From Podarcis tiliguerta (lineage: Eukaryota): 64,000 nucleotides of DNA. Location: assembly GCA_965153285.1 (NCBI GenBank), contig OZ229119.1; one strand, given 5' to 3'. The notes beneath the pieces are model-generated. The model ran no database searches, was not told the DNA's origin, and saw only the letters and a program-made list of their open reading frames with translations. This document shows positions 1-12,300 of the stretch, piece after piece. The position numbers and the translations under genes were made by a program. How positions within the stretch are numbered: position 1 is the first letter of the stretch; the number at the start of each line of letters is the position of its first letter.

Positions 1-76
1 GTCTGTAACCTGAAGCGTATGTACGGTAACCTGAAGTATATGTAACCTGAAGTGTATGTGACCCGAGGTACCACTG
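1..76. mobile_element. End of a Tc1/mariner (Tigger-like) MITE, truncated by the window edge
   Basis: Ends GAGGTACCACTG followed by TA; same subterminal GTAACCTGAAG repeats as 1515-1737. Confidence 0.75.
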
Positions 77-1514
77 TACATGTTTTTCATGCAGAAGGTT
101 CCATGTTCAATCCCTGGCTTGTTCACGTTGGGAACAATCCCATCAGAAACCCTGCCCAGAAGAGCAATCATGAGCCCAATGAACCTGACCATCACATCCA
201 CACCACTTAAGCGAATGGCTTGCCCCACAGAATCCTGGGAGGTGTAGTTTACTCCTCAGAGCCACACTTCTCTCAGCACCCTTAACAAGCTACAGTTCCC
301 AGGATTCTTTCATGGAAACAATGTGCTTTAAATGTAGACTGTGGCGAGCACCACATAGGTCTCCAATGACAATCCCATGAATTTGTCTAAACCCTCTTTA
401 AAACCATCCAAGTTGGCAGACATGACTGGATCTTCTTTCCCTCATGAAGTGTACAGCTTCTGCCCCTTGTTCATAGAATCATAGAATTGTAGAGTCAGAA
501 GTCAATACCCATAGTTTAAGTAGGCATTGTGGGAAGAAGCACCACCTTTCGTCTTTCCTGAATCTCCCAATATTCAGTGCTTTATTGGATTCTGGCATGA
601 TGTTATGAGACGGACCACCCTACACCTTCCCCACATAATTTTATACACCTCGGCTGGAAGGTTCACTCACACGCCTCACACAGAGGTTTCCAGTGCCTGG
701 CAGGGGCGGCAATGTCTGCCTTCTGCTGCTAAGGCAAACGTGGAAAACTTCCTGCCACATTTGTGAAAAGAGAATTTCTTGGACCCAGCTTACGGAGGAG
801 CTAAGGCAAGTGAAAGCAATTTGGCTTGAGAAAATAGTAGCTTCTTAACAAATTTTCAATCAGAGTCCCGAAGACATATTGTAGCAAGTTCCTCGTATCT
901 TTTAATCTAGTACTGCCAGGCACTGCCCAGATAAGTCAGATGTACTGACACATCACTCCACTGGCACAGCTCTGATCTTCATTTCCTTGCTCACCCCCCC
1001 CACACACACACACACTTAGCATCAGTAGCAGCAGAGGTTGCCTTAAAAGCAGTATCCGTTCCTTGTTCCACTTTGTTCCTCAGAAGTGCTCCCTTTGTTG
1101 CCACTTTCCGAGACTCGGAAGGAGCAAAACAATTCCTGCCTTCACATAAAACACTGGCACCATGAGAAGAGAAAGCAGGAAGACTGCTACTGCCCAGAGC
1201 ACAATGGCCTCGTTTTAAAATCTTACGTTGGAAATCCCACAGGATTAATCTTTAATAGCTGAACCGAAACAGGTCTGCCAAACAGTGTGAGTCTCTGCCA
1301 ATCTGCTTTTGCTTTTAGGGAGGTGTGTGGAAAGGTAGGAAAAAAAGAGAGGTGGAGAGGCAGGACAGTTCAAAGTGTATTTCACTCCAGAACCTTTTGT
1401 GGAGAACACACATATCCTGGGTATGCCTTTGTGTTTTCATTAATCCATCCAAAGAACATATTGATGAAGGATAAAAATGCATATATATATATGGGGAATG
1501 GAAGAAAGAGAGTA

Positions 1515-1737
1515 CAGTGGTACCTCGGACTAAGTACTTACTTCATTCCGGAGGTCCATTCTTAACCTGAGACTGTTCTTAACCTGAAGCACCACTTTAG
1601 CTAATGGGGCCTCCTGCTGCCACCGCACCGCCGGAGCACGATTTCTGTTCTTATCCTGAAGCACTATTTCTGGGTTAGCGGAGTGTCTAACCTGAAGCGT
1701 ATGTAACCTGAAGTGTATGTAACCTGAGGTACCACTG
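1515..1737. mobile_element. Tc1/mariner (Tigger-like) non-autonomous element
   Basis: TIRs CAGTGGTACCTC / GAGGTACCACTG, TA duplication on both sides. Confidence 0.85.
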
Positions 1738-2841
1738 TACCAGGAGATGGAAGAAAATGAAAAATAGAAACTGCAGCCAGGGTTGTAATCTGTGCAGAAA
1801 TGCAAGCCTGCACAAAGTAGAGTTCTATATTCCATACAGGAGGATTTTCAGACTACAAATTAGTGGCACATATTCAAATGGAGGTGTTATGAAAACCCAA
1901 CCTACCTACTTCCAAGGACTCCAGAATGCTGAAATAAGGGTCAGCAGAGTTGTTAAAATTACTCCTTTACTAAGTTACTTCTGCCCTCTGCTGGCAATAG
2001 AAAAATAAAAGGCCAAACAGCCTGTCTCTGCTGTTGAGTGCAGAAATTTGGACTCGCCTGTTGATTTGTCTCTTCAGCGATGTTGAGGTGCAACAGGCTC
2101 TTATGACAGGGAGCCACCTACCTCCTGGACATGTCGCAGAAGGGCACCAAGAGGAGAAAAGGCTTCTTCTTAGCTTCCAGGCTATATTCAGCAAGCCCAG
2201 GGATAGCCCCAAATTCCACTATCCATGTCAAGAAAACTAGAACTTGGTCTCAAACACAATAACATTAACAGAAATATGAGCCAGCAATGAGAAAGCTAAA
2301 GTAATAGGAAAGATTTACAGGATTCAAGTCTATCTAGATGTGGAATCTGTGGCCTTCAAATATTGTTAGACTGTGGATTCTCCCTAAAAGAGATATGTTA
2401 TCGATTATATACACCCTTCCTCATAGTTCTTTCAAACCTGTGGCATATGTATCATCAGTGTAGGTTTTCTGTTCCAAGTCCTTCAGATTGCTGGGAAGAT
2501 TGGCAGATTAATCCTAATGCTTAACAGCATGCTCTGATCTGTTCTGCACTCCTTGTGAATTACTGTAGCTTATATTTATGGACCTTGTGTGACAGAGGAA
2601 ACGCTGGTGATGTAACCTTAACAAAACCTAATCAATTCAATTAGGCCACTGAACACTGCAGCATTCTGACAATCCTATTTAGCCACTACCATTATCCGTT
2701 TTTATTATTGTACTACCACTGGTGTGCAAGCACACTTTGCAGGAGAATGTTTTAAACATTTTTCATACACCCCCACCCAACAAAATGCACTCTTCTTAAT
2801 GAAGCTTCTTTCAAGTATCATACATTGCGTACAATTTGATT

Positions 2842-2847
2842 TTTATT
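2842..2847 (-). terminator. Candidate distal poly(A) signal of SREBF2
   Basis: AATAAA preceded on the sense strand by a U-rich 3'UTR-like block (ATTTATTTAT 3071-3080; TGTATATA 3024-3031). Confidence 0.5.
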
Positions 2848-4845
2848 AGACAAGTCGCGCAATGAACCCCAGGAGAGGGTCACAATCAGGACATATACCA
2901 GAAACGCTCACCCACTCACATCATTGCCAGCTACGTTTTCTTATAGCAAAGAATCCTTATTCCTAATTTCATTGGGATAAATACACTTTTCACATCATAT
3001 ATAAAAGCACAAAAAAGTTACATTATATACACAAAAATAATATAGAGATAGCCTGGGTGACAACAAACCCATAAATAAATGAGGTGTCTTCTTTAAAAAA
3101 AATGGTTGAAGTACATGGAAAGATAGGGCGATTCCCTTGTGGAGGTCCCATCTACACAAGCATAATTCCACAAGCTAGCAGTACCACCCTCAATGCCTCT
3201 TCCTGCTGTACAACATGAGGCTTTTACCCTCAACTGCAATGCCCATTCTAAGCCATAGTATTCTCTCCTGCTTGACAGTATAAATGGCTTTCACAGCCTC
3301 AAATCCATAGAACTGTGAAATGTCCTGCGGTACACCGTGTCAATAGGAGATGGCATTCTGATGCACATCAACTAATCCAGACACTTCAAAACTTAACTGC
3401 GCAGAATTATTTGCTATGAGAGCTTCTAGATGGGAAAGGTTTCTTTCTGAGCGTCGGGCATGCTAAATCACTTCGCTGAACACTCACAATTCACGCAGGC
3501 CCTTGTGTTAATCCCAGATGGATGGCTGCTAACTCCAAGCAGACTGGAACAATCTGTGTGAGTGGCAGAACAACTGTGGAAGGAAACCAGCGATGGTAGC
3601 ACCAAACACCCCAGGCATCCTGCTAGAATGTACCTTTTCGTTGAGGTAGTTTGTTACCCTTTCTGTTTTGTCGCTACCATCACTGGGAAAACGGCTGTCG
3701 GGAAGCACCCTTAAGAGAACAGAATGGTCTTCGGCTTCCAGCCTGCCTTATTTAAACAACTGCCCATGGATCTGCAGTGCTGAATCCAAGGCACGAGTAT
3801 AGACTACGGTTGCTACCCATGTTTGTAAGATAAACAACCAAGATAATCCATGTGATGTGAGATATGGAGCTAAATGCCCTACACCCCTACGAACTAGTCC
3901 TGGCAAAGCAACTTCCAAGGTTCACTTCCACTGTGTATTTTGATACCTTTCGCAAGTGCAACCTTTCAAACACATCCACTCACGTATACCAACGGGAAAT
4001 TTGGAATGTTCATGAAATTACACCTCTTTGTTAGTTCCAATATATTCAGGAAGATTGAGAATTGGTCTTCAAAATAACCAAAGTTAGCCAAAGCTTTATT
4101 GTGGGATCGCCTTTTGGTTTACTCTATGGAAAGTTTTAAAAATCTGATATCAATGTGATATGCATCTCTTATCTGTGCGATTCAGACCACGTTCCTTTAA
4201 TTATGTAATTGTTTCAGTGTTTTGAAAGCCCCTCCCCCAGGATTTCATGTGTTTTGGGACACACAGAGCTTCATTTGAATTGAAAATTGTCAATGAGAGG
4301 CTTAAGGTGGAAATTCTTTTCTTTTTTTAATGGCGGGTCTTAGTTCTGCAGCAGTGTTCAGCTGTTATGCATGGAAGGCACACTAACTGCAAGAACCACT
4401 GCAATGTACAGTTGTATGGGCCTCCCCAAAGAATTATGTGGCCCCAAATTCATTTGTTTGGTGCTTGTGTGTTTGATTTGGACAGATTTGAAAGATGAAG
4501 TAAGAGAGGCTAAGCAAGAACAGAGATGGTGCATAGGCAAAGGGAGAAGGCAAAAGTGATTTGTGAGACTCTGAGCTCTATGAAATATAAAATCTCTTTT
4601 CTTAGAACCTACGCTTCCAACAAGGAGGCCTAGTTGCAGCCACTCCTCTTTCTCCAAGTTCTAGAACTACATCTTATAACCTGTGTAAACCATTTTATAA
4701 CCATTTTATAACCTGTTTGACCGTCAAAGCTTCTCCAAAGGAGACAGCTGTTGGTAGTGTGGACAAGTCCTAAGACTGTTATCCTGAACATACTCATATA
4801 GATGCAGCTACCAAAGAAATCAAACATCAGAAAAAAGGATTCCTA

Positions 4846-5058
4846 GGGTTGTATCCAACGTAGTGCAAAGTTAAAGTCACTTAGCGGTAAACTTGTTGCA
4901 CTGGCAGAACACTTTTGTGCAAAAAAGCACAAATGCATTGCCTAAAATTGTTGCACAACAAGCTTCGGCTAGCACAACTGTTGCATTGGATTTCTTTGTG
5001 GCCCAAACCTTTAAGCTCTGTTCTCGCACTAGTGGACAGAGAACAATGAATTCAGCCC
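4846..5058. mobile_element. Degenerate palindromic MITE (PIF/Harbinger-like) in the SREBF2 3' region
   Basis: Imperfect termini GGGTTGTATCCA / TGAATTCAGCCC, 3-bp CTA duplication on both sides; related termini at 26107-26226. Confidence 0.5.
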
Positions 5059-5142
5059 CTAGTTTGCTTTTTTGTTAAGGTAAAACTCAATGCTGACTTG
5101 AAGCATGTGATTCAAAAAATGCACTTAGACTTACGGTGTCTC

Positions 5143-5148
5143 TTTATT
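5143..5148 (-). terminator. Candidate proximal poly(A) signal of SREBF2 (AATAAA, overlapping TGTAAATA Pumilio motif)
   Basis: AATAAA about 1.0 kb past the stop codon on the sense strand. Confidence 0.55.
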
Positions 5149-6171
5149 TACAAAAGCAACAGTAGGAGCGCTGATCAGGGGGGGTTTTAACCTTTCCTCT
5201 CTGTGCTATTTTTCCTGCTGAAAATCTTCCCCAAGCTGTAGTTTGTCTTGGGGTGTCCCCCCCCCAAAAAAAACAGCAGCAACAAATTTCTAAGAGTAAT
5301 GCTCAACCCCCTCCCTAATCCAGATTTTGGGGAGGAGTGGGGGTCCTGCAGGAATTTTTTTTTAAAAAAAAGAGCAGTGTTTTGTCTATGCATGCTTTTT
5401 GAATCACAAGCTTAAATCTGCTTCTGGTTCACCACTAGGTCCATCCTTGTCCCCTCTTTTAGGGCATGGAAATACAACTCCAAAGTTAACGACAGTATGG
5501 CTCCATCAGCTGCCAGGAGGCAGATACATGTGTAAGAGGTGGAAGGGAGGACACAGAAGACGGAAGAGAAACCTAGATGTTGTCCATAGTGCTTATAAAG
5601 CCATAAAATGCTATAAAAAACCCCAAATTGCATTAAAAACTGTGATACCCTTCCTTAGGAGAACCTCCAAAGGCTCTCAGAGAATGCAGAATCTATAGAA
5701 AAGCTTCTCTGCAACCCATTGAGGACCAAGGAGCCAGATCGCCTCTCTGGGCCTGCCAAAAGCATATGGCACCTGATGTGCAGATCAAGGGCCACCGCAG
5801 ATGCCAGGAAAAGGGCTGAGGGCAGCTTTTCTTACTTTCTAGAAAACCCCTCCTCAAAAGATAGATTGTTTTGTAAAGAGGTGGGGGACCAACCTTTCCG
5901 AACCCACCCTCACTATTGCAAATTCTTCTGTCAGTGTGCGAAAATGCAAACACTCTCTGGCTCCAGTGTGGGCACCCTTTGTACTAGAAGGCATATACCA
6001 GCAACAAAAGCTGGTTTACAAGAAGACCCTACCCTGGCTAGTATATCACAACTTTCATGGTCCTAACCTGGAACAGTGTTCAAAAAGGGAGGAGGGGAGG
6101 GAGGAAGAAGAGGGGGGTAGGAAGGGGCAAGAATCCCGTTCAATGAGCGACGAGGCTGCAATCCTCCATGG

Positions 6172-6392
6172 TTAGGAAGCTGCAATTGCTGTGCCGCCAC
6201 TCAGCTTCACAATCATCTGCTGACAATCATTGCAGGAACGCTTGTCTCCAACTTTCTCCAGTGTGCGGGCTGCTTCCGCCAGCAGGACGGCTCGCTGGCC
6301 CGGGGACGACAGGAAGGAGAGGGGAAGGTGGCGGCAGGCTAAGAGAATTGCTGTAGCTCTCTCTCTCTGCCCAGGAAGGGCGTCCAGTTCAC
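6172..6392 (-). CDS. SREBF2: SREBF2 exon 19 coding part ([34 protein letters not shown]...GTAIAAS*)
   Basis: ctag|GT acceptor, TAA at 6174-6172; not in ORF track. Confidence 0.97.
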
Positions 6393-9300
6393 CTAGATAT
6401 GGGGAAAAAGAGGCATCACAAGGAAGGCCACGCTTGTGGGGGCAGTAAGTGCACCACGGGAGTCAATTTGTTTAAGACTACACTGGGGTGAGCAAAAGAT
6501 TGCTTCACAATGGGTGCTACCCAACAGAGTGCAAGAAGCAGTCAACCAACTCCCACAGAAACTCTAGGCAGTAATTTATTCTAGAGGCTCGGATGCCCCA
6601 AGCTGAGACCTGGCCGGCAGCCCAGACTTAGCAGCCTTGTCCTGGTAACAGAGATGACACTTGCACAGGTGGGCGAGGCCCACCCTCTCCCTGACAGGCC
6701 TTTCTTTTGCTCAAATTAGCAGCCTCAGATGTCAGCTAGCAAACATCTTTGTGCCACCGCTTCTTAAAACATTTTAAACACTCTGGCTTGGATCCTACAA
6801 TTTACGAAGAAAAAAGCAGCTCACCGAAGGGGGGGGGGACGTTTCCCCTCTCCCTCCCAATTCTGGGCAATTCCTCATCACAGCAAAACCACGTTTGCCA
6901 CCGTTTCAGGTTAATTAGAGTTCCAAAGGTCTCTAGAACTGCACACCAGGGGGCTAAGCTAACTGTGGCATTTGTCGCATACGGTTTGGCATCGCTTGTG
7001 AGTATTTTATAGATAGATAGTGCAGGGAGGGATGGTGGTGACCCAGCTCAGGGCAGAGATGGACAAGAAAGGGCACAAGAGCTTCCTGACCTTGCTTGGT
7101 ACTCTGGGGTGTCCGACGCCTGAGACTGTGCTCCAGCAGCTGATGAGTGCGTGTGGGACTGGCCCCTGCCATCAAACGCACGGTGGCCTCGTGCAGGAAG
7201 ACCTGGAAGGAGGGGGAAAGCAGAAGACAATGGGTAGCGTCTACATTTTAGCAACCTTCCATCATCTTGTGGTGCTGTAGATTTGGACATGCGCCTTTAT
7301 CAGATAAGCTTGCACCTTCTGGTGCTAATCCTCTCAGCCACTTTTCCTTCCCTAACTCCTTTCTGCTGAGCAAGAGTGTACAGGGAATGTGCCCTTTAAA
7401 AGAGGGGCAGGCTACCCAACTATTTCTGACCAGCAGTGGTCCACACTCTACCACAGAACCATCTGTGCTGTTTGTGCGTACAAACCAGTGGAGAGCAGTG
7501 AATAAGCCTGCCAGGCTAGAAATCCCCAGTTCAAATCTCGCAGCCACCATAAAAGCTACCTGGCATTAGGCAACCCTGTATTCTCTCATCCTCACAGCTC
7601 ACATGGGTGACATGTGGATAATAGGAATGGCTGTTTTAAGGATTATTGAGATAATTTACATAGAGTTTAGAACATTCAGGAAGTGTCACATTAGTTTAAA
7701 TCCAGGGGAAACCGCAACACCCACCCACACCCAATGAATGCTACTTAAGGGCAAAGTCTACAACAGTAAGGACATATCCAGCAGGAAGCCACCACTGCAA
7801 ACACACTGCTGGAAATTCAAAGCAAAACCAGTCCTGGCCTAGTTCGTGGACCATTTGCCCCTTTGGCTTATAACAGCATGCAAAGGACAGGTCATCATCT
7901 CCTCACTCATTACAAGTGGCAGGATCTTACCTTTCGATAAGCAGGTCTGAAACTATGGGCCAGTTTTCTCAGGCTGCCGAGGTCGCGCTGGAATCCTGTC
8001 AGCTCAGAAGCGGAAGCATGGTAGGCCTCTCCCAAGGCCTGGCTGGAGTTCATCTGTTTCTGCCACAGAGTGGTGCGGAGGGACAGCAGTAGGTCGCAAG
8101 CTAGCAGCTGGATCATCTGCAAGGAGACAGACCCATTCAGTGACAGGAGTATCAAGACATTCCAGCATCATCAGCTGGATGCAGCAGCCTTCAGAGGGAC
8201 AAAAGCTTCTCACACACATCTAAAAATACTAGCAGAATGATACATAGTGTTTTTATCTTAAAGATGAGATGGTATCAACTGACAGCTCTCTGGCCAAATT
8301 CCCTTTCTTCTCAAAAAGTGATCCAGCATGAGCATTCTGAATTTTTTGTTGTCCAAATATTATCATCAAAGGACATGACCACAAGATAACATGGAGGAAG
8401 CAACCAGGTTATCCAAAGGTAGCCAATGTGGTACCCTTCAGATGTTGTTAGACCACAATTCCCATCATACTTGACCAAGAGCAATGCTGCTGAGGCTGAT
8501 GGGAGCAGTGGTCCAATAACATGTGGAAGGTAAAGGGCTGGCTACCCCTGAAGTATCCTGTGCCCCTTTGTAGGCCAAAATCAGCACCTATAACTGTGTT
8601 CTGAAAACATGTCAACACAAAATCAGGGTGCAGTGGGCTCCCAGCACAAATCATTGTTCCCACAGCATCCATCACAGTGAATATTCCAAGAATTACCTAA
8701 CAAAAATTGGTTAACCATATAAATGCTTTATTTGTTTTTTGTTTCCTGTATGTTTTATGTGAATTCTACCTACCACCAAAAGATGAAAGATTAAGCCAAA
8801 TGAAGAAATACTGAGACCTCCACACTGTTTTAATGTGGAACTGAAGATCCACTGACAGAAGACTGTCCAAAAGATGGGCAGTGGGGGTGTACATTCATTT
8901 TTATTTTAGCCACCATGACTGATATGATCTCTGGCCTTAAGACCTTTCGGAGAGTGGTGACAGATGAATGAGCCTAAGGCTCAAACGACTTCTGGGAGAT
9001 GATTAGTACCTTATTCAGCTATCTCCCACAGCCCTGCCACCATCTATGGACTCAAGAGAACGTGTCCCCTGCAATATTCCCATCTCTCTAGCCTTGCAGG
9101 AGTCACAAGATAGAAAAATCATGACTTTGCCTTGACTGGACTTTACCTGCTTAACCTGACCTTGCACACTAACAATTTGCCTGCCACGACCAGATGCTAC
9201 CTGCTTTTCCTGCAAATCTCAACGCTCCTGTGGAACAGGACGAACAGTGGGATTCTAAGAAAGTGTCCTTGAAAATGTGTCCCAAAGGTTCCAACAATTA

Positions 9301-12300
9301 GCCAGAAGTAAAATGAAGCAGTATGATCTTGAGAAGGTACCCTTGGGATAAAAAAACTGCAAAACAAATCAACATCTTCTACAGAATAGTATTTTGGTAT
9401 GCCCTCCGGTGGCAAAAAAAAGTATCTTTAATATCAGTTCGAACTGCATTTTGAAGGACTCATTTTGGTTCATTCAAAAATACCTAAGGAAAATAGAAGC
9501 GTTGTTTTTACCGGGTTTTCAAAACAAGCTTTATTGCAGAGACTTTGGGAGGAGGCCAGGGAGCTCCTAGTCCTTCTGGGCTGCTGCTTTCCTCATTGTT
9601 TCCAGGGTACTGTTCAGTTCCTCCTGCTTCTTCTTGGCTTGGATGAAGTCCCCACCCTTTTCTTGTTGAACTGCACAGCTCATTTGTCTTTGGAGATCTT
9701 GAACAGCACCACCACACATATCTTTTTGGAGACGAGGCAGCATGTCTCCTGGATCGTGTCTTACACAAACTTGGTGTGCTTGGTCAGGTGTCCAAGGCAT
9801 TGGGATGACTTTGCCCCATTCTTAGTCACCTTGTGGCCCCTGTTCAGGCGAAGGGCCACTGGGCAGCAGATTGCCATGGCTGCCACAGCTGCTGCTTCGT
9901 CTAGGCCATGCCCAAAAAATAAATCAGCTAAGTAAAATAGAGGTCACGATGGGCACTTCATTTGCCTTTTCACTGCCACATACACCTTTTCTCGGCCTTT
10001 TCAACCCATGTGCTCCACTTTCATCTCTCATGCTTTCTTTCTGCTTGCAGTACAATGCCGTCTGGATTGTACAGATGGCCTCTTGGCCCCTTCCAATTCA
10101 GATGTAAAGTTCCTAGGAAGTTTCTACCACATCACTTAAATCACTGAATCGGAAAGAACAGCATTCAATCCCGGCAAGCTGAGGAGATTCCCACCTGCAG
10201 AGGAGAAATGGGTGCACCTCTGTGCTGCACTGCGGAAACATTGCACGAGTACTGCCAGAACATGCAATGCAACTACAATGCACTACAGCTGCCACCCAGC
10301 AGTGATGAACAGCTCCGATTCTTGTACAGTGCCAAAAGTTGGAAAGCCCCAGCTTCTCATAGAAACAAGGAAATGAAGGTGAAGCTGACACCCTGATACA
10401 AGGACTTCACACTGTTCTTGCCCACAGGAGACTAGACATGTAGTGCCTTCCGTGGGAACAATTCACCCAGGAGGCATAATTAAAAGCAACAAGGACAGGA
10501 CCAAACAAGAGCTCAGCCTGCTAATTCTGGCAGTGCACTGGAAGCCAACACACTGGAAACAAATGCACTCCTCAAGCACTACTGTGGGAAAGGGAACACT
10601 GCAGCTCTAGTCAACACACACAAAAGGGCAAGAGGAGAGGGAACGTTCTCTGTCTCTCCAATCATGAAGAAAAAAATGTTATCTGCTGCTTCTTCAGCTC
10701 CAGGATATTTGACCTCAGAGCCACATGGAATGATGACTAAACATTTGCCCACAAGCCTTGGCTCAGGAAAGGATGGAGAAGGCGGTTGTAAATGTACAGC
10801 CAGTTGTAAATGATTGTGATGAGGATGACGATACTTACGTTATTGAGACCCGTGCTTGAGACCCCACTGCTCATGTTGAGGCTATTCCAAAGGTGAGTGC
10901 TGGCTCTTTCACAGTGGCCAAAGGAGCTCTGCTGCCCATCTGCCTTGCTTGACAAGGAGGCATTCATGGCTTTGCACACATGAAAGACAGCTTTTACAAG
11001 GGCATTCCTAGAAAGGAGGGAAGAGAGAAGAGAAAGATCCCAAGCCAGGAACAAGGTCAGTGCCTTTAAGGTATTGTGGTCGTGGACCAACCACCTCCAT
11101 AAGCTCCATAAGCCTCTCACTTACTAAGTTGCCATAATAAATAATAACAATGTTATTAAATTTCTATACCACTCATCATAACATAATATCAAACAAAAAC
11201 AACCTCCCCAACACACACAGTTTAAAAGGCCATAGATTGCTTAGATTAGCCAAGGGGCCTAGGAGAAGAGGAATGATTTTGTCTGGCACCTAAAGGTGTA
11301 TAATGAAGGTGCCAGGTGAGCCTCTCTGGGGAAAGCATTCCACAAACAGGGAGCCAACACAGAAAAGGCTCATCCTCATGTTGCCCCTTTTCTGGACTTC
11401 TTGAGGCGGCACATGAAGAAAGGCCTCACCAGCAGAATGGGAATCCTCAACACCACCTCTAAGACCAGATCTGTCAGCTCAGGCAGAAAGACTGCTGGGC
11501 AGTGAGGTGGGCAGTAAACCAGCAGAATCTCTAATCTGTTCTGATTCCCAGTGCCAGGAACACACACTCCAGATCCTCCACCCAACTGGACAGAGAGCCT
11601 GAAGGGAGAGAGAGAAAGAATCTCTCTATAGACCAGAGCAACTCCCCCTCTCCGACCCTCAAGTCTGGCCTGATGCTGCACTGAGTACCCAGATGGCCAC
11701 AGCTGGATGAGACCAATTCCACCCTGCATGTAACACTTAGAAGAGTCTTTGCATCCACCACCCCAGTGCCTGATAGCTGGTATTTTCAGTTAATACAATC
11801 TCAAAATACTGCAGCTTAGTTTGGAAACTATTTAAAGTGACAAAAGGCAATTGTGAGAGTAATGCAAAAAGGCCACACACTCCATCATCTCCAAACATTT
11901 AGGAATTCGCTCCACGTTGGTAAACTGGGATCTCACGGCTGCATCATCACCCCTGAGCCAGCTGATTGTCATTGTGATTGCGGATGACCACCACCTGCAC
12001 ACCACATCAGGGCCTAGGTATGCAGAGACAAAATAACAATAAATATGAGACATTCTCACCAATGCAAATCCAAACAGGTTTTGTTTTAATGGCTTCAGGA
12101 GACAGGAATCTTTTCCCTACCCACTGTTTCCTTACACCAAGATCCTTCCCCCTGTAAACCTACGAAAGTGCATTCAAACACACTGAAATCCTTGCTCCTG
12201 GGAAGGGGAGCCAGCCATGGGAGGAAGGCAATTTGGAGTAAGAAAATGGTAGGCAGGGAAAAGTCACACCCATACCCCCCCCCCCACACACACTTCTCTG

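Noticed and set aside
1-76. Short direct repeats GTAACCTGAAG resembling an array
   Set aside because: Subterminal repeats of a TA-flanked Tc1/mariner MITE; vertebrate DNA, no unique spacers, not CRISPR.
9465-9935. 156-aa plus-strand hydrophobic ORF
   Set aside because: Antisense frame of the RPL36 retro-pseudogene.
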